A stretch of 64,000 bases of DNA from NCBI GenBank assembly GCA_002633005.1, contig NMRA01000037.1, forward strand, positions 476,814-540,813. The letters run 5' to 3'. The notes beneath the pieces are model-generated. The model was not told the origin of the DNA. It made no database searches and saw only the letters and a list, made by a program, of their open reading frames with translations. Position 1 is the stretch's first letter. Each line of letters begins with the position of its first letter. Positions 39,131-52,969 of the stretch are shown in pieces. Source of the stretch: Phoronis australis. Taxonomy: Eukaryota > Animalia > Phoronida. Both the position numbers and the translations under genes were made by a program.

Positions 39131-42100
39131 GAAATTACTGCAGTCGAACCTTTCACACCAGCTTCAATAGCTAGCGAAAATCACAGTGACTGCAGTTACA
39201 GCAAAAGTTCCCTAGTTTGGAACATGTAGAAATTATAAGGAGACAGGTGAACAGCAAACAAAACCAATTTCAGTAACAGCAAAACAAAAAGATTGTATTG
39301 GGGGAAAACAAGTGCACATACAGGACTGAGGTCAAAGGTCAATACAACATCCACAGAATATTCTCTAGAAATTGAGACATTGAAATTCGAGCCAAAATTA
39401 AATTTTCTTGATAGGAACACGTGCAATTTGGCATTCAACATGTTTCTCAAATATTGGACACCGCAGTTTGCATCAACATTTTTCTCGAGATTCTTTAATT
39501 TGGGATGGCCTATTTGGTACAAGCTCCGGCCTTGAACAAAATAATAAAATTTTCACTATCCCAAATTAGAGAATTTTTACTGCAGATGCGCGAGTCATCA
39601 AAGTTTTCGCAAGATGATGCTCCGGAAATGTTATACAGGTGTAATTTTTTCAAAGTTTAACCTATCGTAATCAATGAAATGAAGTGCTTATGGCAAAAAG
39701 ATAAACATTTGCAAAAAATTATCAAACAATACAATGCATGCAGCCATTGACGGTGACACCTGGCTGCCGATAACTCAGATGACACTGAATTGACACATAT
39801 ACGCTCTGCTAACTCCATCTGTTATTAATATTGGACCAGGACCAAAGTGAACCGTTCAAAATTCATACCGAGGGACATTCCCCAAGACAACAGTGACAGA
39901 GATATGGTAAGAGTAGCCAAGAGTTAGACCGAAACACTAACTGTAAGGCACTCAACTTCACTATCTGACAACGCTGGTAGAAATATACCACCACATTGTA
40001 ATGTTCAAGCCAGTTTATATTTACAGGATAATAACAAATGCACTCTTAAAAATTTTATCAGTCTTCCTTATTTTGCACATAGAAAGGCAAACTGAACATA
40101 GGGTTCCCCCCTCCCCCCAATGAGACCTAACCATGATCAAAGTGTTAAGATCAAAGAAAGCACTGCAGTAGAGACACCTGTCCCAGACCACATAACGCCT
40201 GTGAACCAACTACCTATTCTTAGACCAGTCACAACTCCACACAGCTAATAGGACTCAAGAGGTAGAATGAGCCCATTTGTACTAGATAAACACTCAACAA
40301 CATAGAAACGGCAGAGGCCATTAATTTTACAACAGTGTCAACCCTTACTGTAATTAACTTTCTCAGTGTGGTCTTGTTCACTGCAGACTACTAGGATAGT
40401 TAGGCACAGTCACTTGCTTGCGACTTCCTGTAACTTGTGTCAGACTAAGTTGATTGACAAACGACAGGTTTTGGGAAATTCTTGTTAACTAGCCAATGCC
40501 AAAGAGACAAGGCACAAATGGCAGCGGGACTGGAACTGAATTATAACAGATGGAATGGACACTTCATAACTACTAAAACAACAAAAAAGGAAAAAAATCA
40601 CTCTTGCTTATCACCACCGTGAAGAATAAGGAGGCCAACTGACGTAACATCATACACAACATGTTCCCATGGCAACAACTAGTTACCCAGGAGACCAAAA
40701 GTCACAGCCATAAGAACTAGTACACTTTGCCAGCTTCAGGATCAACATCAAGGAATTAATCAATAAAACAGATACGACTAGAAGTCATCTCAACTTTTAA
40801 CAGACCACTTCAATCCTGCTGAGAAAGAGCCGGCACCTGAGAGGTATAGAGTCTAAGTGTCATTCAATCAACTTCTAATAAACAAAATGTCAAAGGTATT
40901 TGGATTTTTTGGCAACAACTAAAAATAGCACCATTGGTTCTGGTCTTGTTTTTTAAACTTGGTGAAGAATTTTTTGGTAGCCCATATTGTCAAAAAGAAA
41001 GTCACCTGATACCAGCTGAAATGAATCCTTTTTTTCTTTAAACAGAGGGAGCGACCTGCAAGCTAGAAACGAGTCCGGTGCAACCAATGCTATATTTTAG
41101 CCCAATACAAAATACAGCAGATTCTAAACAAATTCACCTACCAAGTGTAGAACAAACTAAAAGAAACTTTCTCCAAGTGCTACGGACTGGCTACGCTTCA
41201 AATTCTCAATTCACACGGAAAGATGCTTCGTAAACCCCTTCGGTCATTAGTTGCCAGAGCGGAAAATTAATAATGCAAAAAGGGCAATGATTGCTTATTA
41301 GAATGCAAGGCAGATCAGGTATTGGTCTTAAATCCACTTTTATCATTGCTTCTATTACAAGCCCCTTTTATCACTGCTCCAATCACAAGCCCCCTTGACT
41401 TGACCATTGCTCCTTGTCGATTTTGGGGGGAGGGTAAAATTTCTCCTCACTCAAAAAGCACAGGCACCTTTCCACTCAGGTGAACAAGGGCCCTGGCTCC
41501 AATCACCAAACTCTTTTTTTTCCACTTCCCCTAAAACAAGCCCTCTTTAATCGACTTGTATCCAACTAATACACTGGAGATACAGAACTCCGCTAATGGC
41601 ACAATGTCACTTCAATGACTTTTGGTTTTTAGGAAGTGTTGCAATTTAAAGTCCTAATAAATACCATTCACTCACTGTATCACTAGCCCTAAATTCAGAA
41701 TGCAGTGTTAACATCACAAATCCAAATTACAAATTGAAAATCACTTTCACTTGGTGCTATTACATTGAGGTAAAATCTCGGCAATTTCAGACAAAAAATA
41801 GCCAAAAAATAAAATTGTCCTTTTTCATTTTTCAAGGGATTGTAACATCATTGTGAATGCTCAAATCTTTTCAAAATATTGTCTTGTGGTAGCTATGGTA
41901 CAGAATTTGAACGTGGAAAGGCATTCATTTCGACCTACACGCGTCTAATGGACAAAAATGAACAAATACAGTAAAGTTGCACTTGTTCAACACAATGTGT
42001 CCTAAATTGGTGACATGTTATTGAATCTCTCTATGTAAAGCCTATGCTCCTCAAGTCACTTTGTACTCTCGAAACTCATTCTCATGTGTATCGCACTTCT

Positions 42101-44140
42101 CCAACAGTTTGGGCGATCACAGCACCCCTACAGTACAGTAATTATCCCTGGTGAGTTGCTGTAACTCAACCCACCTATCTGAGTCATTGATGCCTTGCAG
42201 CTATGAGCAGACAAAACCATCAACACCCATGCCACATTGGGTCTTCACAAGTGATGGGTTATGGATTTTACCTGAAATCAATTGTACGGGCAGAGGAGTC
42301 AGCTCGTGTTTTGCACCTAACGAAGGCATGTTGATATCAGGTGTGTGCGTTCGACATGATTAATATATTTGGTATTGTAAGAAGCACAGGTGTTCCGTGA
42401 CGATGTAAAACAGCAATAGTGCATGTAACTACACATGTAGACGAACATTGCTTGTACGATCACATCACACCGTAGTCATTCACCTGGCTCAGTTTTAACG
42501 GAGGTAAAATTATTGTACTAATTACCATTTATGCAACATGTCTAAGCAATTACACACCCACAAGCGTACATAAAAATGCAAGTTGGATGTTTGAATAACC
42601 AGGCATGACGTGGAGCGCAACAGAAATGACAGAGAACAAAGTTGATTGTATAATTACAGGTTGACAGTGACTATAAGGAGGTCTATAATAGCTGGCTAGC
42701 CAAAGCTGCTATTTGTATAATTAAGGCAGGTTTCACTACCAGAGTGATCAACTCTTCAAGAGCAGTTATCAAGTGATTTTAGCAGACCAGAAGTTCAAAC
42801 CATTAATTGATCACGGATGTTGAAGCTGGAAGTGGTAAGTTAGGTAGCTAGACAGTTCCTCTTGAGTGATCGTTTATAATGATGACACACAGGCAAGAGA
42901 CTAAGAGAAATCAAGACCAGAAAATTACACAAAAGAGGTAATATACATAAAGTCCTTTCTTTATCGAGTACATCTGCACCAAAAGTTACAGAGTAAAAAA
43001 ACAGTGTAGGTGGTCTGAACCACGTTGTGGGGCCCATACACCAGACACCTGAAACCATACACACACAACACACAAACATTTACTAAAACAGAGGAGATGA
43101 ACTAGAGCAGAGACATGACTCAGGGGTCCAGCAGTGTGGTCTAGTGAGATTTGAACCAACACAGGGTCACAGTGTAACAAGTAAATACAGCGCTCTAGTT
43201 CAGGGTCTCAACCCAGAGTAGGTAAGGAGTCAACTTAAACGAACGAGCTAATAATTTCAAATAAAATCAATTCACAAGTAGTTTGACAACAACAATGGCA
43301 TCAAATCTGCACTGATCATACACAAAAACTCAACCTTCCAAGACAAAGAAAAATTGTTATCCATTCACATCATAACTGGTCTACATAAATTTTAAAAATA
43401 AGATAAAAAGTGGCCCTGATACAAAAAATTGAAGCTAGTTTCATTTCTACGATCCCATTTGAGAGTGATGTTTAGATCCAGTGAAGTGAACTTTTTGTGT
43501 TAATCGCATTTCCAGATAATAGTACACCTACACTGCAGCCGGTAAGTAGTGCCCAAGAAACTGACATATAAAGTCGCACTTGTACTTCTCGGTAAAAGTC
43601 TAGGCAGGACCCCCTTCAAAATGGTTGCCAGGAATCGTTTTTTCTGAATATCGGTAATGGCCTCTATTAAGAGAAAACTGGTTCACGGCAGTCATTTTGA
43701 AGAGGGACCAGTCAATATGACTTTTACCATACTTTGCAGGGCCAGTGACATGACCAGATGTTTCAGAAACGGTCTATTACTGAATAAAGATAAGATGCTG
43801 ATCTGAGTTATCTAGTTCTCACAGTTCCGATCACATTGGGACCAATGAAATGCACTATAACTTACCAGTGCAACCATAGGTTAGGGTTATTTTCAAACTC
43901 CGCAAGATAGGAAGGGTACATACAGACATGGTCATTTGAATCTTGAGAGAAAATGAAAGATTTTTCGACACTAGGCGGATATTGATGAATGAACAATCAT
44001 AGCATGTGATTCCCTTGAATCTATCTAAGATTAAGTTTTCGTGGAAACTGATTAAAGCAGAACAGATTGGAAAGGAAAACTGAAGATGAAGAAATCTGAA
44101 AAATGATAATCTTAAATCACTGGCAATGAGCAACACTTAC

Positions 44141-44222
44141 CAATAGTTTTCATGCCTCCGAATGAACTATTTCCCGATTTGCTTCCCTCTGTGAAAGGTT
44201 TGGTCCTAGGACGCCCACTCAT
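44141..44222 (-). CDS. GSK3B: GSK3 exon 1
   Basis: MSGRPRTKPFTEGSKSGNSSFGGMKTI+G, donor GTAAGT (phase 1). Aligns to human [28 protein letters not shown]. Too short for the ORF track. Confidence 0.9.
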
Positions 44223-44499
44223 GATACAAAACAAAGAGAAATTGTAACAAGGTCTCTTGTCGTACGTTCTAGTTTACATTTCATACGCCTTTGAACTTGT
44301 CTGACGCTCGTGTGACTGATCACCACGAAAATGTAACCCGAATATCTTCGATTACAACAAGTTTATCAATGAATAGATTGATTTGGTAAAACAGACATAG
44401 GAAGTAATCTGTTCATTGATTCATAAAAAGAGATTTAAAAGGATAGCAGTCTTCTAGACGCCTCAGACTGGCAAAAGTATTCCGCCTCCTGTTTTCACT

Positions 44500-45130
44500 G
44501 TTGGTTTCCAATGGCTGTCTTCTCGTACAATGACGGAAAATTGCTAGTCGGCCATTTCCGCTGCGAACCGTGACCAATCATAACGTTCAAAATTATCGCG
44601 GAATTACACGATTCCAAAACCGGAACTTACCGGTATATCTACTCAAAAATCGATGACGTAGCCCCACATCGTTTTCGTTTTCGTCACAAGGGTTAGAGCC
44701 GTGCACTCATGTTCTGGGTCGCAGTTTTTTCCCGCCATCCCGCCACACCGTCAAGATGTACCGCTTTTTGACATACGGCGAAATTGAGATCTCATCATAT
44801 GCTATAGTGATCTCCCACGCCACATAGCTCTATTTTCCTATTAGATTAAAAAGAAAAAAGCGGCTGTTTCTTGAGTGAGTTTCTCTGCGGCCCCAGAAAT
44901 CAGTTTCCGAAGGCATCATGCATTCGAAACCAAAAAACGCTGTTGAGCACTTTAGGGTGTTACCGTCTCCCAAGTTCGACAAAAACCTCTGTCAGAAAAT
45001 TTTTGTGTGTTGTAGAGAACATTTCACCCTGACGTTTTGGCATAGACCCAGATTTCCCAACTATAGTGGATATGCGGCGCTTTCAAAATCCCGCGGCCTG
45101 GCCACCCCGCCGTTTCATCGTGACGGTCAT
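44500..45130 (-). promoter_or_regulatory. Probable GSK3 promoter / 5' UTR region
   Basis: Locally CpG-rich; CCAAT (~44575), YY1-like GCCATTT (~44551) and CRE-like TGACGTA (~44654); possible 5' UTR donor GTAAGT at ~44630. Confidence 0.4.
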
Positions 45131-47176
45131 TCTCGGTTCTTTGCAACAAGTGTTCAAAATAACACTGTCTTCTAAGATATGAATATTGTTTTTTCCATGA
45201 GTCAACTATCTAAATAAAATATAAAATTGTAAAAACGTGTTCAAATGTCTCGGCTTACTACGGTGACACGGGTCGCTACATCTATCACTGGGTATCATTA
45301 TTTTTTACTGAGTCACTGAAGAAATGGGCTATGACGTCATACCTTCCAACAAATTCAATCTCAATGAGTACACTTCAAAGCGACACAAGATATGTTTGCC
45401 CATTTTTCATATATCCGAAAACCTTTACCAGTTAGTTTCGGTAGTTAGTTATTAGTTTATCCCATATTTTACGGAAAATGTCACTCCATCCTGATTTTTG
45501 CAGCAGGATAGGCCTACTTGTATGAAAAGGCACCAAAGGTCCAACTGATCGGATGTGTGATGTTGGACGAATGGCTGACTCTTCACACCAACTGTGAGGG
45601 ATCCATACTCTAAAATATTTGTTTTTATCCGGTAGACTTTTTTGAATCTTTGCAAGTATTTTTACGCTGGTTTAGTCGGCCATTTCTTTAACATCTCTCG
45701 CTCACGTCCTTTTTTGTTAATTAATACAAGTAAACCAGTTAGCCAATTAAAAAAATGAAGTTTCATTGTTTTTTTTTCGCATTGCGGACCACTCTTAGTT
45801 TTTAGAATAAAAAATAAACTCATGAGTGTCAGGTATGCAAAATGATAGTTATTTATGAACTAAACTGTTTACCTTCTGCTTCTTTCATACGTCATCAAGA
45901 GCTGTTGAATGACTTCCTAAAGATGATACCTCTTATGAAATTCGATTGAAAAACGGTAGAGTAGCTAAAATTGCCAGTGTTTTGATCAAATGCTCTGCAT
46001 TGTAGTTTTATTATCTCTTCCTGGTTGTACGTGTATAGTCAGTAAAAAGGGTTTTTTTTCTTACGAAGCTTTCTGTGACCATCAGGGTTGTCAGGAGTGT
46101 GATTTTTGTTAACCGTGTACTGTGTACATTTCTAAAGTATTAATGTGACCAAAGTGCATGTACTGGCAACCGCGGCCAGACTTCAAGTATATTTTTGAGC
46201 AAGCTTAGGTCCGTGACAGCCTATCCATCGAACGATCTAGTTCGGGTGGACCCCATATCCCCCCGGGCCGTGGAATGCCCCGTCTCCCGTACTCTCCTGA
46301 TTGTTCGTCAAGTACACTGATGCATCTCCACGCATATCCCTGCAGAAATTGCCTTGAAATTTTGTGCAGTAAATGTCAGATTTGCCCGCATTGTGTCTTT
46401 AGATTTTGTACTGCGCTACCATGCAATGATCTAACATGTCAAGGTTATTCTGTGTATACGTTTATGTATCTGCAAAAATCGGATGATTCATAGACGAGCG
46501 GACTATTTTAAAATAATTGAACTCAATGAAAAAATTAACGATGTTTCAGTGAGCCTCGACTTTCGTGAGGGTGAAATTTGGGACATCTCTGTCATTCACT
46601 ACCACAAACGACAAAGTGCATTGGGTGTTTTTTGTCATGTAAAATAACTCTCAAGAAATCGGTGTTTAGGTCAGTTTCGACATAGGGTGATATGAAATTC
46701 ATGAAGAGCAATATTATGGGCCCGCCCTCCGAGTATAGGAGGCACAAGAAACTAACATACCTATTTTCAACAAGAGATTTGAAACAATCCCTTAGGCAAT
46801 GTACCAAACACCGAAATCCTACTACCCTTTCAAATTGTACACCTTCAAAGCATTACTCTGTTCAAGTGAACTTTCCCAAACTAGGACATACTAATTGACC
46901 ATAGGCCTCATTTTCACTCCCGAAAGTAAACGAAAGTGTAACCGAAGTTTCCAGTGGCACAGCGCGCATGACTATGTGACGCGGACGCAGGGGTGGGGTT
47001 TGGAGTGGAACTGGCTACTACCTGGGGACGAAGAGGTGTGACATGAGCTTTCAGATACTGTCAGTCATGTTTCTGAAAAACTGTTAAGTTGAACAAATCT
47101 CCAGTGGAATAAATGCCAGTTATTACCTTGACAACGGGGAGGAGCAAATATGACTCTTGTGATTAGTGGACTTTTA

Positions 47177-47338
47177 CCGGGGCGCATCCAGGATTTTGAA
47201 TTAGAGGGGGCCAGGGCAGAGTATTAGCAACGATTTTGCCCGTCAGACATTCGCACCCCCAAACTGCCCAATGGAATCTGGGAGAATGTTAGGGGGGGGG
47301 GGGCATGGCCCCTTGGCCCCCCTCTAAATCCGCCACTG
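47177..47338. mobile_element. MITE with 5-bp TSD
   Basis: TTTTA|CCGGGGCGCATCCAG ... CTAAATCCGCCACTG|TTTTA; related to 8823-9112. Confidence 0.65.
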
Positions 47339-48385
47339 TTTTAGCTTTGCTTTTCTCCCGCAACTCTTCCGCGTTTGTTGGAATGCAAGTACACCGTTAC
47401 ACGGCCGCTTTGAAGATTTTAGTACCCGGATTGTTTCTTTGTGAAAAATACAAAATTCGGATTAATTTGAATTTAATCCTTATTCGTCAAAACGGGTCCA
47501 GGAACTTTTACCAACTCAAAGTAGTGTAGCTTATGAACATAATTCTTCACACTCTGGTGTATGTCTTTTTTTATCCCTAGAAAGATCGTGGCTTGAAAGA
47601 AAAAAGGCAAAAAGGCTAAGGAAATACGAAAGTAAAACACCTGATTCTAAGCGAGAAAAGTGTTTTGACAGAAATTAACAGTTGCGCGTTTTAGAAAATT
47701 TGCATTTTATTATTTTCAAATTCACGAGGAAAATCTAGGAATCTACATTCCTCTTCAAGTATACAATGATATCTTAGAGGAGATGTCTCAAACTTCCAGT
47801 GATAAATATAAACCCTCCAAAAACGATTTAGGTGCTTTTTAATCAAAAATCGTCAGACAGCTTGTCTTATTCGTTTACCGCGGGCGGATCTCCTACTTCT
47901 TACTACAAGTGAATCATGAGTAGCACTTCTGCACTCTTTCTCCCCCTTTCGACAACTGTTGGCTATAATTTACAATTTACACTAAGTAATGGACTATATT
48001 TGTTCTCAGAGCCTGTTTTGGCTTTAATGCACCCAGACGCCATTTATTGGGTTATCAACATCGTGTGTTTAAGCACGTACATAGCCTATGCTAAACTTGG
48101 CACACATAAAACAGGAAGAACCAAATGACATGCGCTCTTATAGAAACGATTACAAAAACCGAGTGCGGTGATTTATGGAACCGGAAGTATTAGCTGGATC
48201 ATTGTCGTCTCCTCATTTGCTCAAGGTGGAGACCCTCGAGTAAAACGCTGCATTTTCTTGTTACTCTGTATTAAAACAGACTCCACTGTTCTACTGCAAA
48301 CCATCAAGCCACACAAACCAGCACGGAAAATAGCTTGAGTGCTGGCCGTCCACAGTGAGGGGCAAGAATAACCAGAATTTCGCCA

Positions 48386-48592
48386 CATGCGCGCGCTCAG
48401 CCAAAAATGTAGGGATACAGGGGTCTCGAATTTTGTGGTCCTTATTATTAAAAAAAAAGGTAAAGGGGGTTTGTTCAAGGCCTGTGCATTGGGCATTCGC
48501 CCCTAGAACCCCCTGGGTGCGCGCATATGATACTCAGCAATTCGCACCCCGAACTCCCAAATGGTATCTGGGAGAATTTTAGGGGGGCCATG
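48386..48592. mobile_element. Composite MITE remnant (CATGCGCGC.. family plus the right arm of the 47177 family)
   Basis: catgcgcgcgctcagcc ... ctgggtgcgcgcat inverted ends, followed by cagcaattcgcaccccgaactcccaaatggtatctgggagaa. Confidence 0.5.
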
Positions 48593-49534
48593 AACAAGTT
48601 ACTCCTGGAAACGAGTTGTCGCTATAGGTTTGAGTGCCTGGACGCTATTTAAACTAGTGAAACTTACACGACTTGTGACAATTTACTCCACATTACCGAG
48701 GTAGGGTAACTTGCGCCACCTGTAATTCCTGTGTGGCCACAAAAGTGGGGCAAGGTGGAAGTAATTATCAGCTGTGGTTACATACAAACCGGGTTTTCTT
48801 TTGTGCGCTGTACTCGCATTAGGTGTTGATTGCCATGCACAGAACAACTCAAGAGTCTGCCTATTTTGTGTGTGGACGCTCCACATAAAAGTGGGTTAAG
48901 TTGAACAAGTGCAAGTTGTTCTATGGTAGGCTGTGTGTGGACGGAATTCTTAGACCAGTTGCTTGTGGAGTTTTCTGAAAACGGGGAAAATCTTTAGACA
49001 CGCTCAGTGAGCGTAGAAAAAGGAAAATTTTCAGTAGGAAAATATGCATGGTTAAGTACTAAAACATTTTCCAGTTGCAAAGGAAAAACACTAAAACTTT
49101 ACTAAAGTAAAATTTAAACAAGTACCTCACAACATTATACCCCAGCTTCAGTACTGGTGCACCTTCGCTAAAGGTCTTATTTTTGTATTTTTGCTATAAT
49201 TTTGAATTCTACTCCTGTGGAACTCAAGACAACTGTTCATTATTCTGTGCTCAAATACATTAGGTTCACCTGCAAACTTTGACAAGACAGCACTTGCCTA
49301 AACCGTGATACACTCCAGCCCAGAATATTAAACAACTACTTTGAGTTTGCATTAAAGTACACTGACAAATGCCGAAAATAATTTGGTTTCAGGAACAAAA
49401 AATAGACTCCAGGCTCTGTGCCTATATTCGTCACTTCCACATATATGATGTGGGGTTGTGTACAGGTACTTTAGTACCAAAACTACACCCTAATGACAGT
49501 GCACCTGTTGGTGAATTACAAAGACTAAAAAAAA

Positions 49535-50707
49535 CAGTTCAAAGTTTAACTTTATTGTTCTTAAAACACCTCAATTACAACAAATGATGTTTAGAATACA
49601 TGATACAATAAAAGTTTCAGACTTCACCTTGTAACTCAGCTGAAACCAACAGAGATTAAGGTTATGCAGAATCCCAGAAATGTGTGCCTATAGAATATCA
49701 TATCTCAAAATTGAATGCTCATACTGAGTTGAAAATTTCAGTTGCATGCTTTATACATTGTTCTCAAAAAACTGTTTAATAGGAAATGTTTTTAAAATGT
49801 TGTGCTTTTACATTGGGGGAAATGAAAATATCTGTTCACAAAAAGACAACGTCACACGACTTAATAACTGGCAGATTGAATTCTAGAGGGTTTCCATTTT
49901 CAGAAAATACATGCTTTTACTGAATTAAAATGTACAGTTTTGTAGACATTTGGCTAAATAATAATGATTTATCAGTAAAGCCCTACATAACAGTAAGATT
50001 CAAAATTGATAAATATAACCAATAATCAATAATCAATAATACATAAACCAGGGTTCAAGATCTACTCTCTGTGCTCCAAAGTTTGCTCGAAAAGTGACCA
50101 ATGGCAGGATACGCTTCAAGTTAACTAGCAAACTAGTACCAGAGTAATGCGACAGGACTGGTTGCCTTTCGAATAAGAGTCTCAAGTTGGAAAGATTAGA
50201 CCGTGTTCCCGGGAATACTTACTGTCCTTATTTTTACACATTTAAGGTTTTTACTAAAATTGAATAATCGACAAGTCTTGTCTTAACAACCTACAAAAAT
50301 ACAGGCAGGATACCATACACAGCTGTTGACTTGAAGTCCTTTGTTGAGTCCAGGCATGAATACACACACTTAAAATATACCATGTTCATTAGTCTTACTA
50401 CATGACAACTCACAGGTCGTTTAAGTAATATGCTCTGGTAAACCACATGTGGTAAAGAGCAAAGAATAAGTTGACCGCTTTAACAGCCAGACATGAATTA
50501 ACACAAGTTTCCAAGAGACGAGCAATTGTGAAGACCACGGCAAGACAGGGCCGTGAACAAATGCTCATAGAAACCTGACAGAAACAACTTAGCCGAGAAC
50601 AAATTGACAAAATGGTTTTGGTGCGTTAGAATCCAGATGCCCATAGGAATGGGCGAAGTGTCCAGTCATCCGTCTGCATACGTGACTTGAGAGGAGAACG
50701 GAGAAGC
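49535..50707 (-). other. Putative terminal exon (3' UTR or alternative C-terminus) of the SRSF7-like gene
   Basis: Strong acceptor tatttttccgatttttccag|G at 50707; upstream donor TTG|GTAAAT at 51515, 24 nt after the stop codon. Confidence 0.5.
49551..49556 (-). terminator. Candidate polyadenylation signal of the SRSF7-like gene
   Basis: AATAAA on minus about 1.15 kb into the putative terminal exon, with a T-rich tract downstream. Confidence 0.4.
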
Positions 50708-51538
50708 CTGGAAAAATCGGAAAAATAACAGCTTCATCAACAACGCACTTGTTCTTTAAGCTTTGATTCGGAACGTGTTTATATTTATTTTAATGTCATA
50801 CAGCTTTTGATATGTAACGGAATCGTAGGCGACAGAGTTCTCCGTGTTGAAGACAGCGTGACTAAACGTGGTTAATTACGTTCCGGTTTTCTAAATATAA
50901 TATAATTCAACAAAATACCAGAAATTTCACTCTCACTCTTAACATAAATTTCCGAACATATTTTATCCCATAAATGCAAAACTAAGTAAGTGCATTTCAT
51001 TGGTCAGTCCTTCACAAAAAAAATGCAACTGACCAATCACAAAAGAGAAATTTCGCATGTTCATTGCATTCTACACTGGTACTCGGGACACATCTTATTG
51101 GTTAGGCCTCGCGTTCTCAACACAATTTCCGGTACTTCCTGAATTGATCTTTGCCCATTTCGCGGTTCGAAATGATGACAATTTAAAAGAAATTTTATTT
51201 CTCATGTGATTTTTTTGAAAGGAAATAAATGCTGAAAATCTGTTATCTTTAAAAATACGTACGAAGTGACTTTTTAAGCCATGAAAGTACATAGAATACC
51301 GATAAATCGGTAACAGTTGGCAGCCCCGTCTTTGTCAGCAAGTTCATGGAACAATAGTTTGGGGTTCAAAATGACATGCCCATTGGACGACCAAATGAGC
51401 ATTATTCAACGAATATGTATACCTCCCCGCCAGAAGGGCGTCGGTGAATAAATGAAACACACACCAATAGCAACATCATTGTTTTACACAGGAAAAACAT
51501 TCAAGATGATTTACCAAACGTATCTCGACCTGTCTCCA

Positions 51539-51656
51539 TTACGACCTTGACCTCGACCTTGACACCCTCTCTGGAGGAGGAGATGCCCTAGATGACCTCA
51601 GTGGAGGAGGTGATCTGGACGCGGATCTCGACGGGCTGCGGCGGTAAGAATGGCTT
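51539..51656 (-). CDS. SRSF7: SRSF7-like, RS exon 5 with stop
   Basis: ctcttcag| SHSYRRSPSRSASRSPPPLRSSRASPPPERVSRSRSRS then TAA. Confidence 0.8.
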
Positions 51657-51952
51657 CTGAAGAGCAAATGTAGTATAGATGAGACAGGCATCAAACTGGA
51701 TTTGAGTAAGGCTCGATTCCAACGCAAGACAAATAACCATATCTCAACAGTGGGTTTCCTGCCATAGCTGACTACTATTCCCCATCTAGTGACAATCTGA
51801 ACGTGCAGACAAACTTTTCTGATACAAAGTTGGTCATGGATGAGTGTGTGCAGATCTAAAACACTCCCAGGGTTACTAATGACAGATACAGAGGTTAATA
51901 CAGAGAGACTTTATTATTTAATTAAAAGACGAATCTACAAAAATTACAACAC

Positions 51953-52209
51953 CAGGGCTGGACACTAACTTTCCGTTATCTTGTTGAACACATACACCAA
52001 AAATTTGACTTGCCTGAAGGCATAACTTGCTTGACCAAATTAATGACTTGTAAAGTCCTCAAGTCAACAACCAACTATATTCAAGTTCTGATGAGTACCA
52101 TAAATCTAGATATAGATACAAATTGACTGTTCATACCAACTAGTTCATCAGGCATGGTACTTAGCTATCTGCTGCCAGGCTATTTGACCACTGTTAGTGT
52201 CAAGCCCTG
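51953..52209. mobile_element. hAT-like MITE
   Basis: CAGGGCTGGACACTAAC ... GTTAGTGTCAAGCCCTG (16/17 TIR); flanks AACAC/AACCC. Confidence 0.7.
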
Positions 52210-52930
52210 AACCCTCGACTGATCACTTTTTGCTAGCCTGAACGACAGCATCAGAGTGGCTGGTCAACAGACAGCAGTTGAAACACTGCAAAACAACAGT
52301 GCTGCCATCCATTGACCATTCCCACATTAACAGTAATCGAATGTGAGGTGTTAGCTGATAGACAATTTTTTGTGTTGCACATCAAGACATTGAGATGTTA
52401 TCGTCTTATCCAGTCCACAACTTGTACACAACAGAATTCATAATGAACGACACATTTTCACCAGGAAACCCCAATTCTCCATTATATTGAGTTACAGAAA
52501 ATAAATAAGTAACAGGTAACTACTAAGAGGAGTCCCTGCTGGGTTAAAGGATGGTGTAAAATAACCCCAACTCTCAAATATAGCCATTGCTCGTTTGTGA
52601 AAAAGGTTTTATTCAAACCCTGCCAGCAGACAGAACTAGTCATTTTATACGTTAAGACTCTAATACTTTAGTTGACCATAATCACTCAAATACAACACTT
52701 ACGCATCGTTTTCTGTGAGTAATTCATAAAAATTTGCCACCCATAAACTCTCTGCTGGCAAGGTTATCTACATTTAATAATATTTGGCAAATAACGGCAA
52801 AGTACTGCTAAAAAAATCATATTTTACAGACTTGTACGCTAAATACAACTTGTGCTTGCTAGCACGAATTACGCCTAGCACAGGAGGGCTAAAAAGATTC
52901 ATTAGAGAAGTGTGGGTCACACAACCATAC

Positions 52931-52969
52931 CTAGACCTTGTGCGGCTTCTGCGTCGCGTGTACCTATCC
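52931..52969 (-). CDS. SRSF7: SRSF7-like, RS exon 4
   Basis: ccttttacag| (R)DRYTRRRSRTRS(R) |gtatgg; 39 nt, phase 2-2. Confidence 0.75.

Noticed and set aside
45200-49500. Additional gene between GSK3 and the SR gene
   Set aside because: Only short ORFs with no recognisable domains, plus MITE fragments; no consistent exon chain found.
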